Shown here in pieces: positions 17,934 to 27,553 of a DNA stretch of 64,000 bases (positions are counted from its first letter, which is position 1; the number at the start of each line of letters is the position of its first letter). The DNA is taken from contig DUPJ01000092.1 of NCBI GenBank assembly GCA_012838355.1, forward strand, positions 4,119 through 68,118. The letters run 5' to 3'. The position numbers were made by a program, and so were the translations under genes. The notes beneath the pieces are model-generated. The model saw only the letters and a list, made by a program, of their open reading frames with translations, did no database searches and was not told the origin of the DNA. This DNA comes from Clostridiaceae bacterium. Lineage in GTDB: Bacteria > Bacillota > Clostridia > Saccharofermentanales > DTU023.

Positions 17934-17963
17934 TTGCATCTTTCACATCCCTTGTGCTACGAT
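17934..17963 (+). promoter_or_regulatory. Candidate rpsT promoter (TTGCAT-18-TACGAT)
   Basis: -35 TTGCAT at 17934-17939 and -10 TACGAT at 17958-17963. AGAGGA SD lies before ATG 17996. Confidence 0.4.
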
Positions 17964-17995
17964 ACAGCGGTATTTTCTAAGAAAGAGGACACTTC

Positions 17996-18256
17996 ATGCC
18001 GAATATTAAATCTGCGATCAAGCGCGTGCGAATTGCCGCAGTCAAAGCGGAAGCCAACCGTGCGAAAAAAAGTGAAACGCGCACGGCTGTGAAGAAAGCG
18101 TTGGCGGCGATCGAGTCGGGATCGGATCAAGCCCGGGATCTCGTCAGGGAGACCGGCAAAACGATTGACCAGGCCCAAGCCAAGGGACGCCTTCACAAAA
18201 ACACGGCGGCGCGCAGAAAGTCGCGGCTTGCGAGAAATCTCAACAAAATGGGTTAA
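17996..18256 (+). CDS. rpsT: 30S ribosomal protein S20
   Basis: 86 aa, highly basic, with the typical S20 N-terminus MPNIKSAIKRVR. Confidence 0.95.
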   Translation: MPNIKSAIKRVRIAAVKAEANRAKKSETRTAVKKALAAIESGSDQARDLVRETGKTIDQAQAKGRLHKNTAARRKSRLARNLNKMG

Positions 18257-18263
18257 TGGACAG

Positions 18264-18285
18264 CCGGAGCTAGACTCCGGTTTTT
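18264..18285 (+). terminator. Intrinsic terminator after rpsT
   Basis: CCGGAG-ctaga-CTCCGG followed by TTTTT. Confidence 0.7.
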
Positions 18286-18383
18286 CATCTGCCGGCGCTA
18301 TTTGTCACCAAATCGTTACGTACTGAGCCGTAAAGGTAAGTTTTACCGTGCTAGAATGAGACGATTACGGTTCGAGGTATAGT

Positions 18384-19364
18384 ATGGAACGGAAAAATGC
18401 ACATCGGGCGATGGTTGCCATCGGCCTTATTCTCGGAATTCTCCTGTCGGTAGCATCCTCTGCATATGCGATCGTTCAGTTTGGTTTCCTCAACATGATC
18501 GACTATGACAGCACGGTACACGAGACGCGTCCCATTGAAACCAATCTGGAGGAGCTCGAGGTCGACAGCTCCATCAAGAGCGGATTTTCGATTCCCGTGT
18601 ATCAAAATCCGAAAGTCAAGAATTATCTCCTCATCGGAAGTGACCGGCGCAGCGAGGCTGAACATGGCCGCTCCGACGCGATGATGATTCTCACGATCAA
18701 CAGCACGACGAAGAAGATTCACATCACGTCGCTGATGCGTGCCATTTACGTGTCGATTCCAAATGAACCGGATCCCGGCATGGAATCGTTTCTTTCGCCG
18801 CAGTACATGCTGAATGCCGCACATACCTGGGGCGGACCGCGACTGCTTATGAGAACGATCGAGCGAAACTTTCGCCTGGCACTGGACGGTTATTTCGAGA
18901 TGGATTTTGAGGGATTTGAACATGCGGTCGATTCCATCGGCGGTGTCGTCATTGACTTGAGTCAGGCTGAAGCCTACGCGCTTGGCAGAAATCCCGGCAG
19001 CAACCTGCTTGACGGGGCCACCGCGCTGAATTACTCACGCCTGCGCAATATTGACTCAGACTTCGCGCGAACTGGCCGCCAGCGCAATGTAATCGAAAGC
19101 GTCCTGCGCCAGTCGTTCGCCGCCGGTGCTGACCAGATGGTCGATCTCGCACAGGCCGTATTGCCGATGATGAAAACCGATGTCAGCTCGACTGAGATCA
19201 TGGGACATCTTGTCGCGTTGCCGTATTATGCCGCCTACGACATTGACCAGCTGATGCTGCCGATAGAAGGTACGTCCGAAATGATTTACGTGTCGGGCAT
19301 GGAAATGTACCGGATTGATTTCGCCGAAAATGTTGCGGCGCTGCACCAGTTCATGAACGACTGA
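18384..19364 (+). CDS. LytR-CpsA-Psr (LCP) family cell-envelope glycopolymer transferase
   Basis: An N-terminal TM helix is followed by LLIGSDRRSEAEHGRSDAMMILTIN and GGPRLLMRTIERNF, which is typical of LCP domains. Confidence 0.85.
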   Translation: MERKNAHRAMVAIGLILGILLSVASSAYAIVQFGFLNMIDYDSTVHETRPIETNLEELEVDSSIKSGFSIPVYQNPKVKNYLLIGSDRRSEAEHGRSDAMMILTINSTTKKIHITSLMRAIYVSIPNEPDPGMESFLSPQYMLNAAHTWGGPRLLMRTIERNFRLALDGYFEMDFEGFEHAVDSIGGVVIDLSQAEAYALGRNPGSNLLDGATALNYSRLRNIDSDFARTGRQRNVIESVLRQSFAAGADQMVDLAQAVLPMMKTDVSSTEIMGHLVALPYYAAYDIDQLMLPIEGTSEMIYVSGMEMYRIDFAENVAALHQFMND

Positions 19365-19425
19365 TCCTTGTCCTTTCGGCTTATGCTAAAATAAGAACAA
19401 TTGTTTGTTTGCCGAAGGGGGTTTC

Positions 19426-19929
19426 ATGATCATTCTCGGTATTGATCCCGGCTATGCTATTACTGGCTACGGAATCGTTGAACTGAAAGGGAACCGCATC
19501 AGGCCGCTTGTGTGCGGCGTGCTGCGCACGGCGGCAAAGACGCCGTTTCCAGAACGCCTGCTCAGGATTTCCGACGGACTGACTGAGCTTATCAGTACAT
19601 ATAATCCGGACTGCATGGCAGTTGAAGAATTGTTTTTTGCCAGAAACACGACCACAGCGATCGGTACGGCTCAGGCCCGTGGGGTCGCCGTTCTTGTCGG
19701 CGCGAAGGCCGGCATACCCGTTTTTGAATACACGCCCGTTCAGGTCAAGTCGGCCGTCGTCGGTTACGGCAAGGCCGATAAGAATCAGGTTCAGGAAATG
19801 GTCAAGCGCCTCTTGAATTTAGCGGCTGTCCCGAAACCGGATGACGCGGCGGACGCGCTTGCGCTCGCTATTTGCCATGCGCATACAGGCAACCGTGCCA
19901 ATTTTCTGGCGGTCGGAGGTTACCAGTGA
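19426..19929 (+). CDS. ruvC: Holliday junction resolvase RuvC
   Basis: The sequence MIILGIDPGYAITGYGIV plus the C-terminal DAADALALAICH are present. GAAGGGGG SD lies before ATG 19426; the tracked ORF starts at TTG 19405. Confidence 0.9.
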   Translation: MIILGIDPGYAITGYGIVELKGNRIRPLVCGVLRTAAKTPFPERLLRISDGLTELISTYNPDCMAVEELFFARNTTTAIGTAQARGVAVLVGAKAGIPVFEYTPVQVKSAVVGYGKADKNQVQEMVKRLLNLAAVPKPDDAADALALAICHAHTGNRANFLAVGGYQ

Positions 19930-19934
19930 GCATC

Positions 19935-20540
19935 ATGGATTATGTGCGTGGTGAAGTCACGGAGAAGGAGCCGGAACGCATCGTGCTCGAAACGGGCGGC
20001 ATCGGCTTTGAACTGATCATTCATCCCGGATTCATGAATCGTCTGCCGGCACTCGGCGAGACAGCCAGAGTATACAGTCATCTGCATGTCCGGGAGGATA
20101 TATTGCAGCTGTTCGGATTTCCCGGCCCCGAAGAAAAGGCATTGTTCCTGCAGCTGATCAATGTGTCGGGAGTCGGCCCCAAAGTGGCGCTGACGATTAC
20201 CGGTTCGCTCGATCCCGGCGTGTTTGCCCTTGCGGTGATGAATTCGGATGTTGAGCGACTCATGACAGTCAAAGGCATTGGCAAGAAAAGCGCCGAGCGC
20301 CTGATCGTGGAGATGAAAGACAAGGTTAAGAAGACACTCTCTGGCACGGCATCCGCGCCGGTAAGACAGATCGTGCCAGGCAGTATGTCAGAGGCCATGG
20401 AGGCTCTGCTGGTTCTCGGTTACCGCCAGGATGAGGCCGAAGCAGCACTGATGGCCGCGAATCCGGGGCCGGAAGATGATGCCGAAAACGTGATTCGCCA
20501 ATCGTTGCAATGGCTGGCGAAAAAGAGAGATGCCAGATGA
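19935..20540 (+). CDS. ruvA: Holliday junction branch-migration complex subunit RuvA
   Basis: The sequence [15 protein letters not shown], and the HhH region [12 protein letters not shown] / [12 protein letters not shown], are present. Start could alternatively be GTG 19926. Confidence 0.9.
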   Translation: MDYVRGEVTEKEPERIVLETGGIGFELIIHPGFMNRLPALGETARVYSHLHVREDILQLFGFPGPEEKALFLQLINVSGVGPKVALTITGSLDPGVFALAVMNSDVERLMTVKGIGKKSAERLIVEMKDKVKKTLSGTASAPVRQIVPGSMSEAMEALLVLGYRQDEAEAALMAANPGPEDDAENVIRQSLQWLAKKRDAR

Positions 20541-21631
20541 GCGAATTTTTGAATGACTGGGATTTGGAAGGCGGAGATGAGCGGATTCTTAGCCGCTCTC
20601 TCATCACGGGTGACCGGGAGGATGTGAGTTCACGTCCGACGCGCTGGCAGGATTTTTTCGGTCAGGAGAAAGTGCGGGCCAATCTGCAGATATCAATTGA
20701 GGCGGCATTAGGCAGAAACGATGCACTTGACCATTGTCTTCTGTATGGGCCGCCCGGTCTCGGCAAAACAACGCTTGCCGGCATTATTGCAAATGAAATG
20801 GGTGTTGAGCTGCGCATGACGAGCGGTCCGGCTATCGAAAGACAAGGCGATTTGGCCGCTATTCTGACGAACTTGAACGACCACGATGTGTTATTCATTG
20901 ATGAGATACACCGGCTCAACCATGCCATTGAAGAAATATTGTATCCGGCGATGGAGGATTATGCCCTCGACATCATGATCGGCAAGGGGCCGTCAGCGCG
21001 CTCGATCCGGCTGGATCTTCAGCCGTTTACCCTGATCGGCGCGACGACGCGTGCCGGTCTGCTGACGTCACCGCTGCGCGACCGCTTCGGCATTATCCAC
21101 CGGCTCGACCTCTACAACGAAAAAGAGATCGCACAGATTCTCGTGCGAAATGCTGCCATCATGGGCATTGGATACGACATGAAGGGGATTGCGAAGATTG
21201 CGTCGCGCTGCCGCGGTACGCCGCGCGTGGCCATCCGTCTGCTCAGGCGCGTACGCGATTACGCACAGGTGAAGGGCGACGGGGAGATTACGGAATCCAT
21301 TTGTGATTTCGCTCTCGATGCGCTGGATATCGACAAGCGCGGTCTTGATGCGATTGACCGCCGCCTGATGGAAGTGATGGCCGACTATTACAACGGCGGT
21401 CCGGTCGGTCTTGACACGCTGGCGGCATCAACCGGTGAAGACCCCGGCACCATTGAGGATGTTTACGAACCGTACCTGATGCAAATCGGGTTTTTGCAAA
21501 AGACGCCGCGCGGACGCATTCTGACCAGCCTGGCATACCGCCATCTCGGCTTGCCGTATCCGGCAGACGACGGTTCGGTCAGTGTGCGAGAACAGCCGCG
21601 AGCACAGATTGGCTTTGAGGAACTGACATGA
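20537..21631 (+). CDS. ruvB: Holliday junction ATP-dependent DNA helicase RuvB
   Basis: AAA+ motifs are present: Walker [10 protein letters not shown], Walker [10 protein letters not shown] and [18 protein letters not shown]. There is an ATGA start/stop overlap with ruvA. Confidence 0.95.
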   Translation: MSEFLNDWDLEGGDERILSRSLITGDREDVSSRPTRWQDFFGQEKVRANLQISIEAALGRNDALDHCLLYGPPGLGKTTLAGIIANEMGVELRMTSGPAIERQGDLAAILTNLNDHDVLFIDEIHRLNHAIEEILYPAMEDYALDIMIGKGPSARSIRLDLQPFTLIGATTRAGLLTSPLRDRFGIIHRLDLYNEKEIAQILVRNAAIMGIGYDMKGIAKIASRCRGTPRVAIRLLRRVRDYAQVKGDGEITESICDFALDALDIDKRGLDAIDRRLMEVMADYYNGGPVGLDTLAASTGEDPGTIEDVYEPYLMQIGFLQKTPRGRILTSLAYRHLGLPYPADDGSVSVREQPRAQIGFEELT

Positions 21632-22227
21632 AACTGCTGCTGCATGCTTGCTGCGGACCGTGTGCGCTCTATCCGCTCGATCGGCTGCTGGACGCCGGTC
21701 ATGAGGTGACGCTTTTTTATCTGAATCCGAATATCCAGCCATTGTCCGAGTGGCAGCGCCGGCTCGATGGAGTCCAGACGGTGGCAGCGAAAATGAACGT
21801 GCCGCTTTTCGCAGACGATCTGTATCTGGAACGCGAGTACGTGCGGCGTGCAGCAGATCCGAACCGCTGTCTTTATTGCTACGATTTGCGGCTGAGTCAG
21901 GTGCAAAGAAGAGCCGCTGCCGATGATTTTGAGGCGTTTTCAACCACACTCCTGGTCAGTCCCTACCAGAATCGGGATGCGATTGTCACCCGCGGCACGG
22001 CTCTGGCGGGAGATCAGCTTCTGTTTTTGGCAGATGACTGGCGTTCAGGTTATCGCCAGGGACAGCAGGCGGCGCGTGATCTGGGACTGTATCGTCAGAA
22101 ATACTGCGGCTGCCTTCCGTCAATTGAAGCGTCGCGTTTCAAAGACGAGATCAGGGCGCGTCACCTGGCCGAAGCAAAGCAGGATTCTGCGGTGCCACCC
22201 GCACCTGATAGTAGCCCTCGTAAATGA
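21628..22227 (+). CDS. queH: Epoxyqueuosine reductase QueH (DUF208)
   Basis: The Cys signature of the family is present: [20 protein letters not shown] and YRQKYCGC. There is an ATGA overlap with the ruvB stop. Confidence 0.8.
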   Translation: MKLLLHACCGPCALYPLDRLLDAGHEVTLFYLNPNIQPLSEWQRRLDGVQTVAAKMNVPLFADDLYLEREYVRRAADPNRCLYCYDLRLSQVQRRAAADDFEAFSTTLLVSPYQNRDAIVTRGTALAGDQLLFLADDWRSGYRQGQQAARDLGLYRQKYCGCLPSIEASRFKDEIRARHLAEAKQDSAVPPAPDSSPRK

Positions 22228-23998
22228 CCTGACCGGGCCGCTGTCCGGAGCCTTTGCGCACACGGCCGGCGGGACAGTAATCGACATCTACTGCGCTTTC
22301 TGCACCTTTATTCAGGGACGAGAACCAGGCGGCCAGACCAGCCGCTTCCAGCACGTCACCATCGGGAAGATCCTCGAGACGCGCTTTCACAATCACATGC
22401 GCGCCAGGTGCCTGGTGCACATGGAGCCAGAGATCCTCTTTCGCGGCGTCTCGCAGCGTGAGCCGGTCGTTTTGCAGGTTATTGCGTCCGATCAGGATGG
22501 TGAATCCGGATGAACTGAGAAATGCACGATAGCCGGGCCGGACATCGCCCGGTTTATTCGCTTTCTGCTTTGGCTCTTTCTTTTTTCTGGCCATGGCACG
22601 CCGCTTTTTGCTGGCCGGTCTGCCAGGACGTTCATCTGCATCAGCGGACGCATGTCTGCCTGGCTCCCGCCGTTTTGCCGATGCAAGTTCATCGCCCAGC
22701 GCTTCCAGATCTGCCGGTTCTGAGGCGTGTTCGAGTGCCGTCTCCAGCGACGCCAGGTAGTCACGCAGGGAGCGATCTTTCATCAAGAATTTTGACGCAA
22801 CCTCGCGTTTGATTTTGGATTTGCGGTAACGCCGGTAATAGCGTTCCGCATTTTTTGCCGGAGTCAGCTTGCTGTCGAGTGTGACGGTCACCGGTTCACC
22901 GGTCGTGAAGTCCGGCAGCTGAATGTCCCTGGTACCCGGTTCGATCCGGTGCAGGTAGGCATAGATCAAGTCGGCCGACATCTTCAGCTGTTCAGCCCGG
23001 TCGCCCTCGGCAAGATCGGCTGCATGGATGGTGATGCGTTTATCTGCGTGCGCAATGCGCGAGCGCAGCTGCTTCTGCAAAGCAGCCTTGTGTTTGGCAA
23101 AGGTCGTGTCTGCGTCCGCCTGAACTGCCACTTGTTCCATCGCCAAGAAAAGGTCATCGACCGTTTTCTTATCCTTCAGATAGGCAAGCGAGAAGACGTG
23201 AAAATCGACCGGTTTCGTGGTGCCGGGAGCATAATAGACCGTCGGAGACGGTTCGCCGTTGCAGATTCTAATCAGAAACGTTTCGTACATGGCCAGTGCC
23301 AACTGACGTTCGGCCGGGCTTAAGCCGGCAATCTGGCGATCAACGAGATTGGCGAGATGCTCGGCTTCGCGTGCCAGAAAGGGCGAAATACCGGACGTGG
23401 TGCGGACGATCTGCTCGTGAATGGTGCGGGGAGATGTGCCGAACGGATCTGTGCCGGATTGAAGTGCGGCCAGCATCTCGGGCGGAGTCAGTTTGTCCTG
23501 ACGGGGCGGCGCAATGTACGGATGTGCCGGCAACGTTTCTCGCACACGATTTACCCGGCTGTCGATATGACGCACGGCGTCGATGATGCGCAGATCCTTG
23601 TTGACGAGTACGATATTGCTGTGCCGTCCCATCAGCTCGGCGATCAGCGTGAGCGAGACAAGATCACCCATTTCGTTTTTGGCCAGAAAACGAAAAGAGA
23701 AGACGCGCTCGTAGTCGAAGCATTCGACTCCTGCCAGTTCTGCGCCAAGCAGATGCTTGCGCAGAATCATGGTGAAGCGGGGGGCACGCTCGGGATTTGG
23801 CAGCGAGCCGGACAGCAGTCCGATCTGAGGCTGCTGCGGGTTTGCATCAAGATAGAGCCGGTGAGTCCGGCCCTGATTGCGCAAAGAAATGAGCAGTGCG
23901 AACGGTCTCGGCTGGCCAATCTTGTCCACTCGGCCGCCGTTCAGGCGACCGGCCAGTTCTGCGGCAACATACATGGAAACTACACCGTCAAGGGGCAT
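22151..23998 (-). CDS. rqcH: Ribosome quality-control factor RqcH (NFACT / FbpA family)
   Basis: The NFACT-N start is MPLDGVVSMYVAAELAGRLNGGRVDKIGQP. There is a coiled-coil middle region and a C-terminal NFACT-R/DUF814 (LWLHVHQAPGAHVIVKA). Start is placed at ATG 23998. Confidence 0.85.
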   Translation of the reverse strand: MPLDGVVSMYVAAELAGRLNGGRVDKIGQPRPFALLISLRNQGRTHRLYLDANPQQPQIGLLSGSLPNPERAPRFTMILRKHLLGAELAGVECFDYERVFSFRFLAKNEMGDLVSLTLIAELMGRHSNIVLVNKDLRIIDAVRHIDSRVNRVRETLPAHPYIAPPRQDKLTPPEMLAALQSGTDPFGTSPRTIHEQIVRTTSGISPFLAREAEHLANLVDRQIAGLSPAERQLALAMYETFLIRICNGEPSPTVYYAPGTTKPVDFHVFSLAYLKDKKTVDDLFLAMEQVAVQADADTTFAKHKAALQKQLRSRIAHADKRITIHAADLAEGDRAEQLKMSADLIYAYLHRIEPGTRDIQLPDFTTGEPVTVTLDSKLTPAKNAERYYRRYRKSKIKREVASKFLMKDRSLRDYLASLETALEHASEPADLEALGDELASAKRREPGRHASADADERPGRPASKKRRAMARKKKEPKQKANKPGDVRPGYRAFLSSSGFTILIGRNNLQNDRLTLRDAAKEDLWLHVHQAPGAHVIVKARLEDLPDGDVLEAAGLAAWFSSLNKGAESAVDVDYCPAGRVRKGSGQRPGQVIYEGYYQVRVAPQNPALLRPGDAP

Positions 23999-24039
23999 CG
24001 GCAATCCTCGCTTTCGACCTACATGATACAATACGGGGG

Positions 24040-24333
24040 ATGGCAGCGCGAAAATCAACTGCAAAAAAGAAAAATGCCCCGGCGACGCATGTCTGGACGC
24101 GTTTCAGTCGCTCAAAACCGGGACGTATCATTATTATGGCTTGTGCCTTTGCAGCAGTGATCGCGATTTTTGCCTGGATAGCCGGTTCGGATATTTCGCT
24201 TTTTTTGTTGTTGACGGGCATCCTCATGCTTTTGGCCAACATCCTGATCTGGGTGATTTATCTTGCCGTGCGCGAGCGCCAGCCGAAAACGGCGGCAAAA
24301 AAAAGGACGGCCCGCAAGCAGACCGTCCGCTGA
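24040..24333 (+). CDS. Small hypothetical membrane protein (two predicted TM helices, Lys/Arg-rich termini)
   Basis: 97-aa ORF from ATG 24040 (GGGGGA SD). Hydrophobic segments are IIIMACAFAAVIAIFAWIA and LFLLLTGILMLLANILIWVIYLAV. I recognise no family. Confidence 0.4.
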   Translation: MAARKSTAKKKNAPATHVWTRFSRSKPGRIIIMACAFAAVIAIFAWIAGSDISLFLLLTGILMLLANILIWVIYLAVRERQPKTAAKKRTARKQTVR

Positions 24334-24345
24334 TCAGCCGCGTTA

Positions 24346-25572
24346 TCACAGGTGGTTTCTTTCCAGCAGTGCGCGAATCTTGACTGTCGGGTCAATGAGC
24401 GATGACAGCGATGCGTTGTGATTGATCGCGTCGATCAGCAGTGCCACAAATTTTGCCATATCAACATCGACATACCAGGGTGCCTGCAGCAGGTCAGGTG
24501 ATCGGTGAACGAGATTCGTACAGTACACGCGTTCGATCAGGCCCTCTTCATACGCCTCATTGAAGGACGTCAGCCCGTCGGTGAAAAGACCGAATGTCGC
24601 GACGCAGAAGATGCGTCCGGCGTTGTTGCTTTTCAGCTGCTTGGCCAGATCAAGCATCGATTCGCCGGACGAGATCATGTCGTCGACAATCATGATATCG
24701 CATCCGTCGACAGAGTCTCCCAGAAATTCATGCGCGACGATCGGGTTCCGGCCGTTCTTCATCACTGTATAGTCGCGGCGTTTGTAGAAGGTGCCGAGAG
24801 GGACACCCAAAATGGACGCATAATACATGGCTCTCGTGATGCCGCCTTCGTCGGGCGATACCACCATGAAACAGTCGTGATTGAAATTGAGGTCTTTTTC
24901 CTTTCGGCTCATCGCCTTCAGCACCTGATAAGTTGACGGGATATTTTCGAAGCTGCCAAGCGGGATAGCGTTGGCCACGCGGTCGTCGTGTGCGTCAAAG
25001 GTGATGAAGTTGACCATGCCGAGATTCGACAGTTCCTCGAGCATGTATGCGCAGTCAAGCGATTCTCTGGCGTTGCGCCGATGCTGGCGCCCCTCATACA
25101 GGTACGGCATGATGACATTGACGCGGCGCGCTTTGCCGGACGCTGCCAGAATCACGCGCTTCAAATCCTGGTAATGGTCGTCAGGGCTCATCCGGTTATC
25201 TTCACCGCGGAGTTTGTACGTTACGCTGTGATTCGTGATGTCGCTGATCAGGAACAGATCGTGTCCGCGCACTGTATTTTCGATCACGGCTTTGCCTTCG
25301 CCCGACGAAAAGCGAAACAGATTCACCTTGATGTGGTAATCATCGCGCATGAAGCCCGGCTGTTCGATTTGTTCCGGCTCAGCCTCCAGATACTCGCGGC
25401 GCCGCTGCACCAGAAAATGATTGATGCCGTCGGTCAAAGCCTCCGTGCCCTTCAAACCGACAATGCCGACCGGCCCGAACGGCTCCATCGGGTTTTCCCC
25501 GTACTGGTCGTATTTGTAGTAGTTTTTATTGTGTTCGCCGGTTGTGACGTTCAGATAATCAAAAGAATCCAT
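24346..25572 (-). CDS. Long-form ribose-phosphate pyrophosphokinase (PRPP synthetase) homologue, copy A (catalytic motifs retained)
   Basis: 408 aa, collinear with class I Prs: RFSSGEG, VIMPYLYEGRQHRR, ITFDAHD, VVSPDEGG, FYKRRD and MIVDDMISSGES. It has an N-terminal extension and internal insertions. GAGGGG SD lies inside the 3' end of the upstream paralogue. Confidence 0.75.
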   Translation of the reverse strand: MDSFDYLNVTTGEHNKNYYKYDQYGENPMEPFGPVGIVGLKGTEALTDGINHFLVQRRREYLEAEPEQIEQPGFMRDDYHIKVNLFRFSSGEGKAVIENTVRGHDLFLISDITNHSVTYKLRGEDNRMSPDDHYQDLKRVILAASGKARRVNVIMPYLYEGRQHRRNARESLDCAYMLEELSNLGMVNFITFDAHDDRVANAIPLGSFENIPSTYQVLKAMSRKEKDLNFNHDCFMVVSPDEGGITRAMYYASILGVPLGTFYKRRDYTVMKNGRNPIVAHEFLGDSVDGCDIMIVDDMISSGESMLDLAKQLKSNNAGRIFCVATFGLFTDGLTSFNEAYEEGLIERVYCTNLVHRSPDLLQAPWYVDVDMAKFVALLIDAINHNASLSSLIDPTVKIRALLERNHL

Positions 25573-25574
25573 TC

Positions 25575-26837
25575 TTACCCCTCATTTGTCGGCAGGAGAC
25601 ATCCCGTTTTGTTATGTTCAGCAAGCCGCGCCGCGATTTTTTCGGATGGCGCCAGCAGACGCGACAGCGATGCGCTCTGATTCAGTGCATCGATCAGGCC
25701 GGCAACATTTTTTGTCAGGTTAACGTGGGAGAACCACGGCGCAAATTGCAGGATTGGCGGACAGTAGGTCAGGTTCGTGGCGAATACATGCTCAATGCAG
25801 CCTTCGTCATGGGCCTGATTAAATGCTTCAAATCCGCGTGTGAAAAGTGCGAAGCTGACGGCACAGAAGACACGCTTGGCTCCGAGCGCCTTGATTTTGG
25901 CGGCGGCTTCCAGCATGGTCTGGCCGGTGTGAATTGCATCATCGATGATCAGTACGTCCTTGTTTTCGACATTATCGCCGAGGAAATGCTTGTCTGCGGT
26001 TTGTCTGGCGAGTCCGTCCGTCTGCCGCGAAAAGTCACGGCGGCGGTAAAATGTGCCGAGCGGCACACGCAGCGTCGAGGCATAAAAAATCGCCCGCGAA
26101 ATCGACATTTCGTCCGGCGACACGATCATCAGATGGTCCGTATCGACTTTTATGTCGGGAAAGCGGGTGAGCAGCCCGTCCACGATTTCATAGGATATGG
26201 GAAACGTTTCGAAATTGTTTCGCGGGACGGCATTGGCCACCCGGCTGTCGTGTGCGTCAAAGGTAATGAAATTGTTGATCTGCATGGAGAAGAGAATCTT
26301 CAGCATTGTGCCGCAGTCGAGGGATTCGCGGCCTGTACGGCGGTAGCGTCTGCCCTCGTAGAGATACGGCATGATGACGTTGATGCGGGTGGCCGCAGAT
26401 CTTGTCGTTTGAATCAGTCTGACGAGATCGGCAAAGTGCTCATCCGGCGCTTTTGACACCATCTGATTGAAGCGCGTGTAGTACTGTCCGTAATTCAGCA
26501 CATCGGTGATGATGAAAAGGTCGTGCCCGCGCACAGTCTCCAGCACGGCCGCTCGACCTTCACCCGTATCAAAGCGCGTCAGATCGGCTCTGATCCGGTA
26601 ATCGGCGCGAAAATAGCCTGGAAGAAGATCCAGCTGCGGGTTCTGGCGCACGTGTTGCGCCCTCAGATTTCGCATGTGATAATTGATTTGATCCGAGAAT
26701 ATCGGATCGACTTGAGTGTCAATCACGGCAACCGGCGCTCTCGGCGCCAGGTAGTCGTCTGCGAGTTGACCAAATGAGCCGTAGCGGTTCGATTGAGTTC
26801 GGTCTTGCAATGGCGAGTCCCCCATCAGTAAATCCAC
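25575..26837 (-). CDS. Long-form PRPP-synthetase homologue, copy B (divergent at catalytic-loop positions)
   Basis: 420 aa and collinear with copy A (many identical blocks: VRGHDLF, NVIMPYLYEGR, RESLDC, NFITFDAHD.RVANA, VPLGTFY.RRD). It reads SPDEMS instead of SPDEGG and RRR instead of KRR. Start is GTG 26837 or ATG 26825. Confidence 0.7.
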   Translation of the reverse strand: MDLLMGDSPLQDRTQSNRYGSFGQLADDYLAPRAPVAVIDTQVDPIFSDQINYHMRNLRAQHVRQNPQLDLLPGYFRADYRIRADLTRFDTGEGRAAVLETVRGHDLFIITDVLNYGQYYTRFNQMVSKAPDEHFADLVRLIQTTRSAATRINVIMPYLYEGRRYRRTGRESLDCGTMLKILFSMQINNFITFDAHDSRVANAVPRNNFETFPISYEIVDGLLTRFPDIKVDTDHLMIVSPDEMSISRAIFYASTLRVPLGTFYRRRDFSRQTDGLARQTADKHFLGDNVENKDVLIIDDAIHTGQTMLEAAAKIKALGAKRVFCAVSFALFTRGFEAFNQAHDEGCIEHVFATNLTYCPPILQFAPWFSHVNLTKNVAGLIDALNQSASLSRLLAPSEKIAARLAEHNKTGCLLPTNEG

Positions 26838-26877
26838 TTATATTATAGCAAAGAAAGCGCGACAGGATCTTTTGAAA

Positions 26878-27486
26878 ATGAAGACACACGTTAATTTCAG
26901 GAACACACAATTCATCGGATCGTTTGCGGACCCGAATCAGGTGCCAACTGACGATAAGCCGCTCATCATGATCGCAGGCAAGTCCAATGTCGGAAAATCG
27001 AGTCTGCTGAATGTGCTGACCGGGCAAAAGCACGCGCGCGTCTCGCAGACGCCCGGCAAAACGCGACTTGTTCTTCTGTTCAACGTGGATGACTGTTTCA
27101 CGCTTGTTGATCTCCCGGGTTACGGGTACGCGAGAGCCGGCAAAAAAGAACAGCAGGTCTTTTCAAGTCGGACTGAAGCGTTCGTCATGAGCCGCCGCCC
27201 GGACCTCACCTTGTTCCTGCTCGACAGCCGGCATGAGCCTACCGCGCTGGATCTGCACATGCTGTCGTATCTGACTGAAGCCGGTCTTTTGTTTCTGCCG
27301 ATTCTGACGAAGGCAGACAAGAGCAGCCGTCAGGCTATGCAGCAGCAATTGAACCGGCTTCGGGAGATGTACCGTCTTCAAGACAGCCGGCTGCTTGCCG
27401 TTTCGGCTGAAAAGCGGACGGGAATCCGTGAATTGCGCGATGCGATTGCCGCACATTTTGATTTGCAGGCTGCCGTAACCGATTAG
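26878..27486 (+). CDS. engB: Ribosome-biogenesis GTPase EngB (YsxC/YihA)
   Basis: G1 GKSNVGKSS, G3 DLPGYG and G4 TKADK are present, in about 200 aa. ATG 26878 is preferred over the tracked TTG 26872. Confidence 0.9.
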   Translation: MKTHVNFRNTQFIGSFADPNQVPTDDKPLIMIAGKSNVGKSSLLNVLTGQKHARVSQTPGKTRLVLLFNVDDCFTLVDLPGYGYARAGKKEQQVFSSRTEAFVMSRRPDLTLFLLDSRHEPTALDLHMLSYLTEAGLLFLPILTKADKSSRQAMQQQLNRLREMYRLQDSRLLAVSAEKRTGIRELRDAIAAHFDLQAAVTD

Positions 27487-27553
27487 CCTTTGCCGGCTGT
27501 TTTCGGCGTTCGAATTCGGCGGTCACAGCCAAAACTGCGAATACGCTGGGTTC

